IMG/VR virus record: IMGVR_UViG_3300023179_000038
Span: 46,678 to 110,677 of that record
DNA from: a virus
DNA: 64,000 nt
Strand: one strand, 5' to 3'
The position numbers and the translations under genes are program-made. The notes under the pieces were generated by a model, which saw nothing but the letters and a program-made list of their open reading frames with translations, did no database searches and was not told the origin of the DNA. Numbering within the stretch: position 1 is the stretch's first letter; each line of letters begins with the position of its first letter. Shown in pieces: positions 32,901-41,352 of this stretch.

Positions 32901-33697
32901 GGCTTATTGTTATTTGGAGAAATTGATGTTGTGCCTGTTGATCCATAAACCATTGGAATGCCAGAATTTTTTGCAACTAAAGAATTATTTTGTATAAGAT
33001 AATATCCTGGAATATTTTCTAGACCATATGACTTTGCTTCAACTGCATAATCACAATCAACATTAATTATTTCTGGAAACAATATTTTTTCTAAACCAAG
33101 AGAAGTAGAATTAAACTCTTCTGACCATTGTCCAGCAGTTACACCATTAACATAAAATATATAATCATCTTGTGTTCCACCAGAAATATAATTAATCTTT
33201 ATAACAATTTGTATTGAACCCACTTCGGATAAAATAGGAAATGTTTCTGAAACAAAAACCCATTTTCCATAAACAGATGTTCCAAAATTTTTTATTTTTT
33301 CAACAGTATCGCCAATTGTTTCATCATAGTATCGATAACCAATCTCAATTCCAGAAATATAAGAACTATTAGAATAAAAATAAGATCCAATACAAAAGTT
33401 TTGCATATAGTCATTAAGATCTTCTAAATTAAAAACCTCATCACTAATACATACAATCTGACCAGATTCTTCTGTAAAAAGATTTCCAACTATTTTTGTT
33501 ACTGAAGAAGATGGAAATGGCTCATCTGTTATATCATCATCAGAATAAGCAGAGCCTCCGTCTATTGACCAAGAATAAATATTTCTATCATTTTCTGATA
33601 TTAAAGAAATATAGTCTATGTTATCATCTAAAGCCCAAATAGATGTGGGATGTTCAGAAAATATTTTTTCTGCATACAGGTTTGAAGGAATAGACAT
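29960..33697 (-). CDS. Large virion-associated protein with LamG/concanavalin-like domain
   Basis: N-terminal YAEKIFSEHPTSIWALDD and EYTVEMWLK...LMINGDEV LamG-like pattern. Confidence 0.6.
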   Translation of the reverse strand: MSIPSNLYAEKIFSEHPTSIWALDDNIDYISLISENDRNIYSWSIDGGSAYSDDDITDEPFPSSSVTKIVGNLFTEESGQIVCISDEVFNLEDLNDYMQNFCIGSYFYSNSSYISGIEIGYRYYDETIGDTVEKIKNFGTSVYGKWVFVSETFPILSEVGSIQIVIKINYISGGTQDDYIFYVNGVTAGQWSEEFNSTSLGLEKILFPEIINVDCDYAVEAKSYGLENIPGYYLIQNNSLVAKNSGIPMVYGSTGTTSISPNNNKPSLIFPGYGFLNNSGKFKEYTVEMWLKINSDSYTKKRIFGPIASDDGLYVEGPFILLKIGNSFESHYVGEWARPMLVHIRYSNNIASLMINGDEVISLNLLTTSLSFPEPYYQNKQQDWLGFYSYEDVFPIEVDCISIYSYPIPSIVAKRRFVYGQGVEIPENINASYSGTSTFIDYSFANYTNNYMYPDLGSWSQASIDNLDVRENCLTSKNYELPEVFFNNKSLEDFYTDSVNLQITNHQYFKLKPNQNWQNTQGYLLFNDVGLVTSSDAFYGIFSVSSFNNDTILLRIDNDSTKEYFSIELIDGKITYLLKYETMENGSLTEQIDTLYQSVPVFIDEKFVVGIYKTIFIDYFGKRIASFFGNLSSAKLYVGGCKELQKTFDGNVYKIGFCSSKNLIPITYLFNPISGIPINFEDVFNNYTEEIDHDAGDEYFEDELDLSGNVQLPSSFWDFLLDGGTPSSFPGDSLISHTASYTLVSVKNFNNFYLTVDIEGTWEDHVPLSYFAQYVTDSRNDSYYDLDLIQFNINYPSPLSFTEDRVNSSWTYNELQLKYSSPELRTYQSLDNNLFTEYLNYDDLKNNSEVNYRYDTDNALVKSYITFQYLESGANAPDSFFINTEMAPKNGVIEPGTSWMQTKYEVVNDMIIYPPKNIDFNKLAIVVQLKFKVNDIIKNKIKIKKLQLASQAFNDIIPNAIGTKFGTSIYPYIKNGLYYNYKDRNPYTIYKDSSPYLYLTRHSGIKVRGQFDPLINRGVLIPINPESSSNYKVMAMQMAIRFDEDIFPYAPTQIFEVESKDSIIKFFMVASNANGKRAKIYAVNTKTGQIEQGIGFYLNGNIVKDPVINIKEWSMIGISFSSLLDFNNYTGSIKINGPLLVNLVSTYKSTNLQEVQNITERPWFRVKSDGGIEFDWQYWDSAYVWQGVLVLSNTSYYGVKPSDIYKSYVGTNKFIIDDTRQFRLNNYEYRIYADALWQSTVQNAI

Positions 33698-33733
33698 TAT
33701 GAGTCTATTTTACCACAAAGGACTGTTTATTTT

Positions 33734-34228
33734 TTAATTTTTTGGAATCCACAACTTTTCGTTACCTTTATTGTGATACCTTGCCATAACAAACAGTAGG
33801 TCCGAAAGCCTGTTTAAGTATTTTGCAATATTTATGTTTAATCCTTCAACTTTCCAAACCTCACGCTCTGCCCTTCTCACAATAGTTCTTGCGTTATGTA
33901 AGGGACCTGTAGGTAAAACAAAAGAATGAAGCGGCTCTAGGTACTCGTTATAATCATCAATTATATTTTCTAAATGAGTGATTCTTTCTTCTGATATTGT
34001 TATGGTTGGAGCACCAGAAAGTTCTGCACCAAGATCAAATAAATCACTTTGGATTCTGTCTATGATGTCATTATGATATTCCGTCGCCATTCCAATAGCG
34101 GAGTTGGCTTCATCTACTGCACCTATTGCTTCAATTAAAGAACTGCTTTTGTCTATTCTTTCATTTGTAGCGGTAGAGGTTTTTCCATCATCGCCAGTCT
34201 TTGTATAAATACGAGTTAAGTGAACCAT
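33734..34228 (-). CDS. pduO: ATP:cob(I)alamin adenosyltransferase, PduO type
   Basis: TRIYTKTGDDG, GAVDEANSAIG, IQSDLFDLGAEL, ARTIVRRAER, YLNRLSDLLFVMAR. Confidence 0.95.
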   Translation of the reverse strand: MVHLTRIYTKTGDDGKTSTATNERIDKSSSLIEAIGAVDEANSAIGMATEYHNDIIDRIQSDLFDLGAELSGAPTITISEERITHLENIIDDYNEYLEPLHSFVLPTGPLHNARTIVRRAEREVWKVEGLNINIAKYLNRLSDLLFVMARYHNKGNEKLWIPKN

Positions 34229-34392
34229 TAGTGCCCTGTCAAAGAACGCCAGATATCAACTGTAATGCTGTTGGCTATATAAAGTCCAACCAAATTTATA
34301 ACCAATTGAAATGCGTACTCAATTTTAGTAGGTTTCTTTTTTTGTAACGGAAAATCTATAACATTATATAATTCTTTATAGGCTAATCTCAT
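34228..34392 (-). CDS. 54-aa small membrane protein (not in ORF track)
   Basis: MRLAYKELYNVIDFPLQKKKPTKIEYAFQLVINLVGLYIANSITVDIWRSLTGH; start and stop overlap both neighbours. Confidence 0.65.
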   Translation of the reverse strand: MRLAYKELYNVIDFPLQKKKPTKIEYAFQLVINLVGLYIANSITVDIWRSLTGH

Positions 34393-34844
34393 GGAAATAT
34401 TAACTCTCCTTTAGGACCAGTCCAAACCAATCCAACTGAGTCTCCTGGATTTAAATATTGTTGATCTATGGCAAGTTGTCCCCAACCCCACTCATTGCGT
34501 GGAAATGGAATAACTTGTTTTTCTTTTATTATAATTGCCCAATACGCTTCTGCGGGTGGCATAACTTCACAAGACTCTGCCTTTTCATCTGGCAAACCAT
34601 TAACTCTACAAACTACTCCAAGTCCGTATTTTTTAGTGCCTTCTATTTCAAGGTTGGCTTGTTTTAAAACATCTAAAGCAAGAATGCTACTAGATGATTC
34701 TACACATTTTTCTAACTTTGTTTGATTATCTAAAACTCCATAATCAACATAAAGATTTATACAGTTGTTATCTGGTTTGTTTATAACAAACAGTGTTGCT
34801 CCAACTGCTATAAAAATTGCTAATGATGCTAGTATTTTTTTCAT
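34389..34844 (-). CDS. Exported DUF4430/SCO2322-like (transcobalamin C-terminal-like) protein
   Basis: Signal/anchor peptide; ALDVLKQA..GTKKYGLGVVCRVNGLP..C..PPAEAYW..W..L.PGDSVG pattern. Confidence 0.65.
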   Translation of the reverse strand: MKKILASLAIFIAVGATLFVINKPDNNCINLYVDYGVLDNQTKLEKCVESSSSILALDVLKQANLEIEGTKKYGLGVVCRVNGLPDEKAESCEVMPPAEAYWAIIIKEKQVIPFPRNEWGWGQLAIDQQYLNPGDSVGLVWTGPKGELIFP

Positions 34845-34854
34845 TTTATCCCAC

Positions 34855-36891
34855 TTAGTATAATTTTATCTCACAAGCGTCTGTACTGCAATAGGCTTCA
34901 CCTTGTGCTTCTAGATTTTCTACTCCATCATAGATGGCAGACCAGTCAATCTTTGCAATTTTGCCTACGTAAGAATTGTACTCTTCTCTTGTAATATTGT
35001 TATATGGTTGTTGTGGAAATGTTTCATTGCCCATTGGCAAAAATGAAACAGCCTTTAATTCGCCCTCATAAAGATGAAGTGCTGGAGCCACATGTTTTTT
35101 TTCTGTTTCTTTATCAAATGATAGAGTTACAGATACTCCATTATCAGACCAGTATTTTTGAGCGGTAGCAGCCAAACCAATCTTTTCAAAAAGACTTACA
35201 TCTTTTTCAGAACGTGGATGTTCAGATGCTACTGGAAAATATACTACTGAAGTATTGGCAGACACTAAGTCTGCTTCTACTTTATACCCTGCTGCTTTGA
35301 ATAAATGAAGCATTGGATCTGTATTTCCAAACCTTATGGCACGTAGATAAAATGCCCCTCCTGGACCCCAGTGAACTCCTGGTGTTGCACCAGAAAGTAG
35401 TGAAACGGATCCTGAAGGTTTGACAGTAGTTACACGAATTGATTCACGTACACACAGCCACTCAGAGTATGAGTGATCGTATGCTTTAATTTTTTTATAC
35501 CCTTCGTCCATCCATTCACGAACTGCTGGCATGCCTTTTGTATCTGCAAAAGATGCAATACCAGTTAAAGATGTTCCAATACGACGATTACGTTGCATAA
35601 TACCATTTGTGGTTTGCCAATGTGTTGGCATCAGGGTTACAGTCTTTCCATATAAATACGCAAACTTTAGTGTACGAAGAAAATCTTCTTTATCTTCATG
35701 ACGGTTTAAGTGAACCTCTACTAACGTACATAGTTCGTATGATTCTAATGGTTGTTCTGCACATGGATTAAAGCCCATTACACGATAATCTTTTCCATCT
35801 GGTGCATCTGCAAGTCTTCCATAGTTACGAGCAACGTCAAGCCAAATAAATCCTGGCTCTCCATTATCTGCAATTAAATCAACATAGTCTTCATAGTTTG
35901 TTCCAACTTCTGCAGCAATAGAGTTATTGGACATCCAAGCCCACCCTGGATTTTTTGGATCATAAGAATTACGTTCTGGAAAAACCTCTGCATTTTTTAA
36001 ATTACTAAAATCTTTGTCATCTGCATCTCCTAAAGCAAGAGTGGCAGAACGACGAACATTTCCTGAAACTACGCAGGTACCAATAAGATTAACAATATCT
36101 ACTATTGCACGAGAGTCAAATTTGTCCCCTGCCCTAGATCCTATAATTTTTGTAATACGGTTGTGTAAGTCCATTAATGGCTCTGGACCACTGGCTACCC
36201 CACCAAAACCCTTAATAGGTGCTCCTAGAGGCCTTATAAAGTCATACGTGAACTGTTGTATAGGTTGGTTTGGACGCAGGTATGAATTAATTAATAATCT
36301 TACAGACTCAACCCAACCCTCTCTAGTATCAGGAATTTCATATATTGAGGGTGGCTCTGTTGGCGCATAGATTAACATTTCTTTCTCTTGTCCAAGGGTA
36401 TCAAACCCTACCCCTATGCCTAGCATTAATGCATCCATTACCCAGGCAAACAATGCCCCTGGATCATTACGATCAATGTCACGAGTAGAAACCATTGCAC
36501 AATTTTGTAAAGCAGCAGAGTTGCGTTTTTCCATTGTCATAGGAGTACCAAAAGCCCATAAGCCACGACCAGGGGGAGTCCATTTTAAATTAAACATTCG
36601 ATCAAATGCTTCTTGTGCAGATTTTTGTGCCTTATAGTCGTTCCAAGGTAAACGATTTTCTTTAGCATGATTTTTTTGAACAGAATACATTCCTTCAATT
36701 ACACGTTTGCAAACTTCATACCATCTTTCTTTAGTATTGTCTTCTTTCATGCGAGAATATGTTCTAATAAAAGTAATCTCTCCCAAAGAATTACTAGCAG
36801 CATCTTTAAATCCGAAGGGCGCTTCAAGTTTTTTATAACTCTCTATAAAATCTAATGATAATTTAAAAGAAAAAAAGTCTGACATATGCAT
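34855..36891 (-). CDS. nrdJ: Class II (AdoCbl-dependent) ribonucleotide reductase, monomeric RTPR type
   Basis: PPGRGLW, GNVRRSA, NPCAEQPLESYELCTL, TTVKPSGSVS, C-terminal CSTDAC. Confidence 0.95.
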   Translation of the reverse strand: MHMSDFFSFKLSLDFIESYKKLEAPFGFKDAASNSLGEITFIRTYSRMKEDNTKERWYEVCKRVIEGMYSVQKNHAKENRLPWNDYKAQKSAQEAFDRMFNLKWTPPGRGLWAFGTPMTMEKRNSAALQNCAMVSTRDIDRNDPGALFAWVMDALMLGIGVGFDTLGQEKEMLIYAPTEPPSIYEIPDTREGWVESVRLLINSYLRPNQPIQQFTYDFIRPLGAPIKGFGGVASGPEPLMDLHNRITKIIGSRAGDKFDSRAIVDIVNLIGTCVVSGNVRRSATLALGDADDKDFSNLKNAEVFPERNSYDPKNPGWAWMSNNSIAAEVGTNYEDYVDLIADNGEPGFIWLDVARNYGRLADAPDGKDYRVMGFNPCAEQPLESYELCTLVEVHLNRHEDKEDFLRTLKFAYLYGKTVTLMPTHWQTTNGIMQRNRRIGTSLTGIASFADTKGMPAVREWMDEGYKKIKAYDHSYSEWLCVRESIRVTTVKPSGSVSLLSGATPGVHWGPGGAFYLRAIRFGNTDPMLHLFKAAGYKVEADLVSANTSVVYFPVASEHPRSEKDVSLFEKIGLAATAQKYWSDNGVSVTLSFDKETEKKHVAPALHLYEGELKAVSFLPMGNETFPQQPYNNITREEYNSYVGKIAKIDWSAIYDGVENLEAQGEAYCSTDACEIKLY

Positions 36892-36970
36892 AATCTCCTA
36901 TTGTTTTGAATAACTAATTATAGCAGAGTTTTCAAAAAAGAAAAACTCTACCTAAAGTTATAGTATAGAG

Positions 36971-37477
36971 TTATTTAGATTCTAAAACAATCTGTCTTAA
37001 TTTTGATATTAGGGCTTCAATATTATTAATATGAAGTTTATAAAATTCATATTTTGTGTTTTGAACTTGGTCCAACTCATTTGCATATAAAATTTCTAGT
37101 AAAGATAATTGTTTTTGTGGATCTAAATTCATGGAGTTTTTTAAAATAATTTCATTTCGATCTTTTAATGAAAAATAATATACAAGTTCTTCTGCATCTT
37201 TACCTATATAAAGAATCACATCTTCTTTGTTAATTTTATCCTTTAAATTAAATTTTTCAGTACCATAGCAAGAATGATAAAGTCCAGCCAGACATGTTTT
37301 CTCTGAAGCACCCATACTTTTTAATAAAAAGAAAACATTGTATAGGTGTGCAAAAAGAGAACCCCTTAAGTGAGGAATATGTTTTATTTTATCAAAAAGG
37401 TATTTAACTGCTAATACTTCTTTTTCTGTAAATTTAATTTCTTTTTCTGTAAAGTTAATCATTATTAATTTATCCAA
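36971..37477 (-). CDS. HD-like DUF6817-type protein
   Basis: HLRGSLFAHL...CLAGLYHSCYGTE...IGKDAEELVYYF...ANELDQ. Confidence 0.65.
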   Translation of the reverse strand: MDKLIMINFTEKEIKFTEKEVLAVKYLFDKIKHIPHLRGSLFAHLYNVFFLLKSMGASEKTCLAGLYHSCYGTEKFNLKDKINKEDVILYIGKDAEELVYYFSLKDRNEIILKNSMNLDPQKQLSLLEILYANELDQVQNTKYEFYKLHINNIEALISKLRQIVLESK

Positions 37478-37480
37478 AAA

Positions 37481-38227
37481 TTATCTATAAGATTTTTTGT
37501 GCCAAAAAAATCTTTTATACCCAGAGTTAAATACACTTCTTATATTTGCTGTTATATTTTTAACTTGAGAAACTTTTTCTTGTGTTTCTATATATTCTGA
37601 TTCGTATTCTTCTCTCTTAAATGGGATTATTTGCAATAAAGGTGTTCCTTTTGAAACAACGCCTTTAAAATTCTTTTTTACTAAAAAAGACATTAAACCA
37701 TTAGATGGATAGGTATCAGTATCAATTATTGCAGATATTGTAAATAATGGAGAAACTTCTTGATGTTGTGGTTGTATAAAGAGTGTGCTATATCCAGGAT
37801 CGGTTTCAACAGCCCAAATAACATTTACTCTAAATAAATACTCAATGTATTGGTCTTTGTCAAATGGATATCCAGTAACTTGTTTAATATCATGATTTCC
37901 AATTAAAGCCTTGTTTCCAAGACTAACAAACGTTTTCATTACTTCGGGAATATCAAAGTGTGGATTATCTCCAGTTGTATCTATATATATATCAAACGGT
38001 GCCTTTATTATATACCCACTTGAAAGCATATCTAAAAATGCAATACATCTTTTAACAGTTATTTGCTGATGACCATTTACTGGTGTTGTATCGTTATTAT
38101 AAAAACTTTCAAGTTTTTTATACCAAATTGGTATATTTTTTGAAGCAGGTTCTGGAGCAGGAAAAACATTTTTTATTTTTGGAAAAGTGTTAATAAACCT
38201 AACTACTGAAGGCCTGTTTTTTTTCAT
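37481..38227 (-). CDS. Hypothetical beta-rich protein (DUF6065-like)
   Basis: PEPASKNIPIWYK, TVKRC, W..ETDPGYSTLF, GTPLLQIIPFKRE. Confidence 0.5.
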   Translation of the reverse strand: MKKNRPSVVRFINTFPKIKNVFPAPEPASKNIPIWYKKLESFYNNDTTPVNGHQQITVKRCIAFLDMLSSGYIIKAPFDIYIDTTGDNPHFDIPEVMKTFVSLGNKALIGNHDIKQVTGYPFDKDQYIEYLFRVNVIWAVETDPGYSTLFIQPQHQEVSPLFTISAIIDTDTYPSNGLMSFLVKKNFKGVVSKGTPLLQIIPFKREEYESEYIETQEKVSQVKNITANIRSVFNSGYKRFFWHKKSYR

Positions 38228-38271
38228 ATTAACAGTATATCACAATAACTAAATTGGATAAATATGTTATA

Positions 38272-39441
38272 TTAAGCAGGAGTACTTGGAGTAAAGTCTT
38301 TTACAAGCATTTTCTTAGTAAAGAAGTTATCATATGGCTCGCAGTTTATAGCAACTTTTTGCATATATAATTCTACAGCCTCAACAAGTTCAATATCAAC
38401 AAATGCATTGTCTTCAAATGAATATCTTTGATATGTTGTATCTATTTGTGATGATTGAATAAACTTTACAACGCCATCTTTTTTAGTTAAAATCCAGTGT
38501 GTATTAGAAAACATATCTCCATCAATGTATACGAAGTCTGTTTCTGTTTGAATACCAATCCATGTAATTGTAGTTTCAACAACATTTAAATCTGATACAT
38601 TTACGTTTGAAGGAAGTGTCCAATTTTGCCAATATGCTGCAGAGTTATCATTAGACTCATCTCCAAGATCTAAGGCTAAAAGTTTATCTCCAACTTGAAG
38701 TTGACCAGCAGGCTTTGTTGCTTGTGGTTCACCTGCAACTGTTGATAAAAGAACTTCTGTATTTATGTTTAGTGACCAGTCAAAGCCAAATGCACCAAAA
38801 GCACCAAATGCACCAAAAGCACCGAAAGGTGCAAAGGAAAATGTTGTAGTTACGTTGTTTGAGTTTGAAGATGTTCCAGAGTTTCCATTGGCATTAGTTG
38901 CACGAACGTTATATGACTGTGCAGTTCCTTGCTCTTGTCCAACGTCAACAGATGTTGATGATGTATTTCCAGATTTACCATCTGTTGATTGCCAGAAATA
39001 ATTAGTTATTGCGCTACCACCGTTATTTGGCGCTGACCAAGAAATTCTGTCAACTCCAGCAGATGGTGATGATGCTGAAGGCGCTGAAGGTGTTTGTGGT
39101 ACGGTTGTTGCAGTAATGCTATTAGACGCAGCAGATGCTGGAGAGTTTCCAACTGCATTTGTTGCTACAACTGTAAATGTGTATGCTGTGCCTGATTGTA
39201 GACCAGTTACAGATATAGGAGATGATGCTCCTGAAGCAGTATATGATCCTGGAGAGGATGTTACTGTATAAGATGTAGCAGCAGGGCCTGATGAATCATG
39301 TGTAAAGGTTACATCTGCTCGTCCATTATTAAATGCACGTCCCGATCCAACATTTGTTGCTGATACTGAAGTTGGTGCCTTTGGCTCCAAAAAGTCATTT
39401 GATGCTTGGGACTTTTTACCTGATTTTTTACCTGCTGCCAT
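38272..39441 (-). CDS. Fn3-domain protein with (FGA)n repeat and C-terminal Hint-like domain
   Basis: Two Fn3 units (VTGLQSGTAYTFTVVATN); FGA repeats; SLNINTEV..LQVGDKLL..SNTHWIL..INCEPYDNFF Hint blocks. Confidence 0.75.
   Translation of the reverse strand: MAAGKKSGKKSQASNDFLEPKAPTSVSATNVGSGRAFNNGRADVTFTHDSSGPAATSYTVTSSPGSYTASGASSPISVTGLQSGTAYTFTVVATNAVGNSPASAASNSITATTVPQTPSAPSASSPSAGVDRISWSAPNNGGSAITNYFWQSTDGKSGNTSSTSVDVGQEQGTAQSYNVRATNANGNSGTSSNSNNVTTTFSFAPFGAFGAFGAFGAFGFDWSLNINTEVLLSTVAGEPQATKPAGQLQVGDKLLALDLGDESNDNSAAYWQNWTLPSNVNVSDLNVVETTITWIGIQTETDFVYIDGDMFSNTHWILTKKDGVVKFIQSSQIDTTYQRYSFEDNAFVDIELVEAVELYMQKVAINCEPYDNFFTKKMLVKDFTPSTPA
38783..38840 (-). repeat. 9-bp tandem repeat encoding FGA x4
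   Basis: gcaccaaa(a/t) units. Confidence 0.85.
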
Positions 39442-39473
39442 TTTGAATCTCCTTTTTCCTACTTAGTTTTTTA

Positions 39474-40823
39474 TTAAGCCATTAAGTCGCCGTATACAAC
39501 CCATGTGTTTTCTGCTCTCTTGAAAAGAGTTGCAGATGACCATTGAGTGCGTAACTTTAAGCCTGGTGTAGCATTAACTGTAACTCCAGCAGATGCTGCA
39601 ATTGTAACCTGTCCAGTTGAAGTTTGAAGAATATCAATAGATGTTCCTACTGGATATGCTACTGCAGAGTTTGCAGGAATTGTAATTGTAGTTGCAGATG
39701 ATGAAGCAACTTCAATCAAAGAATCTCTTTCAGTAAGTGATGAAAGTGTATATGAAGCAGATTTTTGAATAATTGGTGTTCTAGATGGTACACCTTCTTT
39801 AGATTGAGTTCCATCTGTAAAGGCTACTCCAGATGCTGCAACTGTTACAAGACCTGTAAATGTTGGAGTATTGATTGGTGCTTTTGCAGCAAGTCCATTA
39901 GTAACTGTTGTTGCAAAGTTTGCATCGTCACCAAGTGCTGCTGCAAGTTCATCAAGAGTATTAAGTGCTGCTGGGGCAGATGCGATTACTGCATTTACCT
40001 GAGATGTTGCATCTGCAATAGCCTCTGACTTAGCAGTTGCGATTGCTGCAGCCTGTGCTGTAGATACTGGCTTGTTTGCATCTGATGTATTGTCAACATT
40101 TCCAAGTCCTACTGAAGACTTTGTAAGTGCTGCTACTGCAGTTGCAATCTTTGAGTCTGCTGCTGTTCCTGCTGCTGTAACTGCATCTGTTTCTGCTGTA
40201 TCTACATAAGACATTGTTGCAAGAAGCGATGTATTTGCAATTCCATGAACATTTGTTGTTTGTGAATTGTGTGTTGAAATCTTTGTATCTGCTGCTGTTC
40301 CTGCTGCTGTAATTGCTGCTGTTTCAGCATCTGAAGCCTTTCCATCAGTATAAACTTTTGTTGCAAGAAGTGCTGTGTCGGCAATTCCATGAACATTTAT
40401 TGTTGCTGCTGTGTGGTCAGATAATTGAGTTAAACTAGCCTTTTGTGATAGGGCAACCAGCATGGTTGATGCAAATGTTGCGTCATCTTCAATTGCTGCT
40501 GCTAACTCATTAAGTGTATCTAATGCTCCTGGAGCACCATCAATTAGGTTTCCTAATTGTGATAAAGGAACTCTTCCTTGTGCGTCAAGTGATGCTACAC
40601 CGTTTACTTGTCCCTTTGTGTCTACTGGAACATAGTCATCTAGGGATCCGCCAAGATCTTCTAAATTTTTAAAATATGATAAATCTTCCCAATGGTTAAT
40701 TCCATCACCAATTTTAAATTGTCCAGTATCAGATTCAAATCCGATTTCTCCTGCTGCCAAAATTGGGTCTGCTGCAGTCCATTGTGCTGCGGTTCCTCTG
40801 CGCTGTTGCATTCTTGTTGCCAT
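39474..40823 (-). CDS. Tail fibre with Mtd-N-like N-terminal domain
   Basis: RMQQRRGTAAQW..DPILAAGEIGFESDTGQFKIGDG; APGALDTLNELAAA repeats. Confidence 0.8.
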   Translation of the reverse strand: MATRMQQRRGTAAQWTAADPILAAGEIGFESDTGQFKIGDGINHWEDLSYFKNLEDLGGSLDDYVPVDTKGQVNGVASLDAQGRVPLSQLGNLIDGAPGALDTLNELAAAIEDDATFASTMLVALSQKASLTQLSDHTAATINVHGIADTALLATKVYTDGKASDAETAAITAAGTAADTKISTHNSQTTNVHGIANTSLLATMSYVDTAETDAVTAAGTAADSKIATAVAALTKSSVGLGNVDNTSDANKPVSTAQAAAIATAKSEAIADATSQVNAVIASAPAALNTLDELAAALGDDANFATTVTNGLAAKAPINTPTFTGLVTVAASGVAFTDGTQSKEGVPSRTPIIQKSASYTLSSLTERDSLIEVASSSATTITIPANSAVAYPVGTSIDILQTSTGQVTIAASAGVTVNATPGLKLRTQWSSATLFKRAENTWVVYGDLMA

Positions 40824-40872
40824 GTTTTATATCTCCTTGTGGGTTCTTCCCGTTATATTATAACATCAATTT

Positions 40873-41334
40873 TTAATTGAAGTTATCGATTGCAAATCCA
40901 CCATCCCATGTTATTGTCCATGCATTAGTGTTGTAACTTCCAGCATCAACTGGTGTAGAACTTGCGTCATTATAGTAGCCAGCATCTTGATATTGACTTA
41001 CTATAAAACCAGTTCCATCAATTGCAGTATCATGAATGTGCTGTGGTAAATCAATTGTGTCATTCATTGTTGCAAGAGTAACCCATTGATTGTCAGCAAA
41101 AAACGAAATTCTTCCAGTTAACGAATCAAGATATAATTGTCCACTTACTGCAGATTCTGGTGCGCTTTCATATGAAGAAATTGCAAAATTGGCTAAAGAA
41201 TCATCTACGTATAATTTAGTAGCAGCGTGTGTGTCAATTGTTGGAGATCCAACAACTACCGCACCTCCAAAACTACCAGTTCCATTAACCTGTAGTCCAT
41301 TTTTTACTCTAAAGTCTTTGTTGACTGTAGCCAT
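40873..41334 (-). CDS. Small tail fibre-associated protein
   Basis: KDFRVKNGL N-terminus; HAATKLYVD fibre motif. Confidence 0.6.
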   Translation of the reverse strand: MATVNKDFRVKNGLQVNGTGSFGGAVVVGSPTIDTHAATKLYVDDSLANFAISSYESAPESAVSGQLYLDSLTGRISFFADNQWVTLATMNDTIDLPQHIHDTAIDGTGFIVSQYQDAGYYNDASSTPVDAGSYNTNAWTITWDGGFAIDNFN

Positions 41335-41352
41335 TTAACATCTTCTCCTTTA

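Noticed and set aside
36892-36970. Cobalamin riboswitch or NrdR box upstream of nrdJ
   Set aside because: Intergenic region too short and no B12-box or NrdR consensus; the AACTCTA/TAGAGTT inverted repeat fits a terminator
39474-40823. Diversity-generating retroelement suggested by the Mtd-N-like domain
   Set aside because: No reverse transcriptase or TR/VR pair seen in the window; Mtd-N is a common fibre anchor
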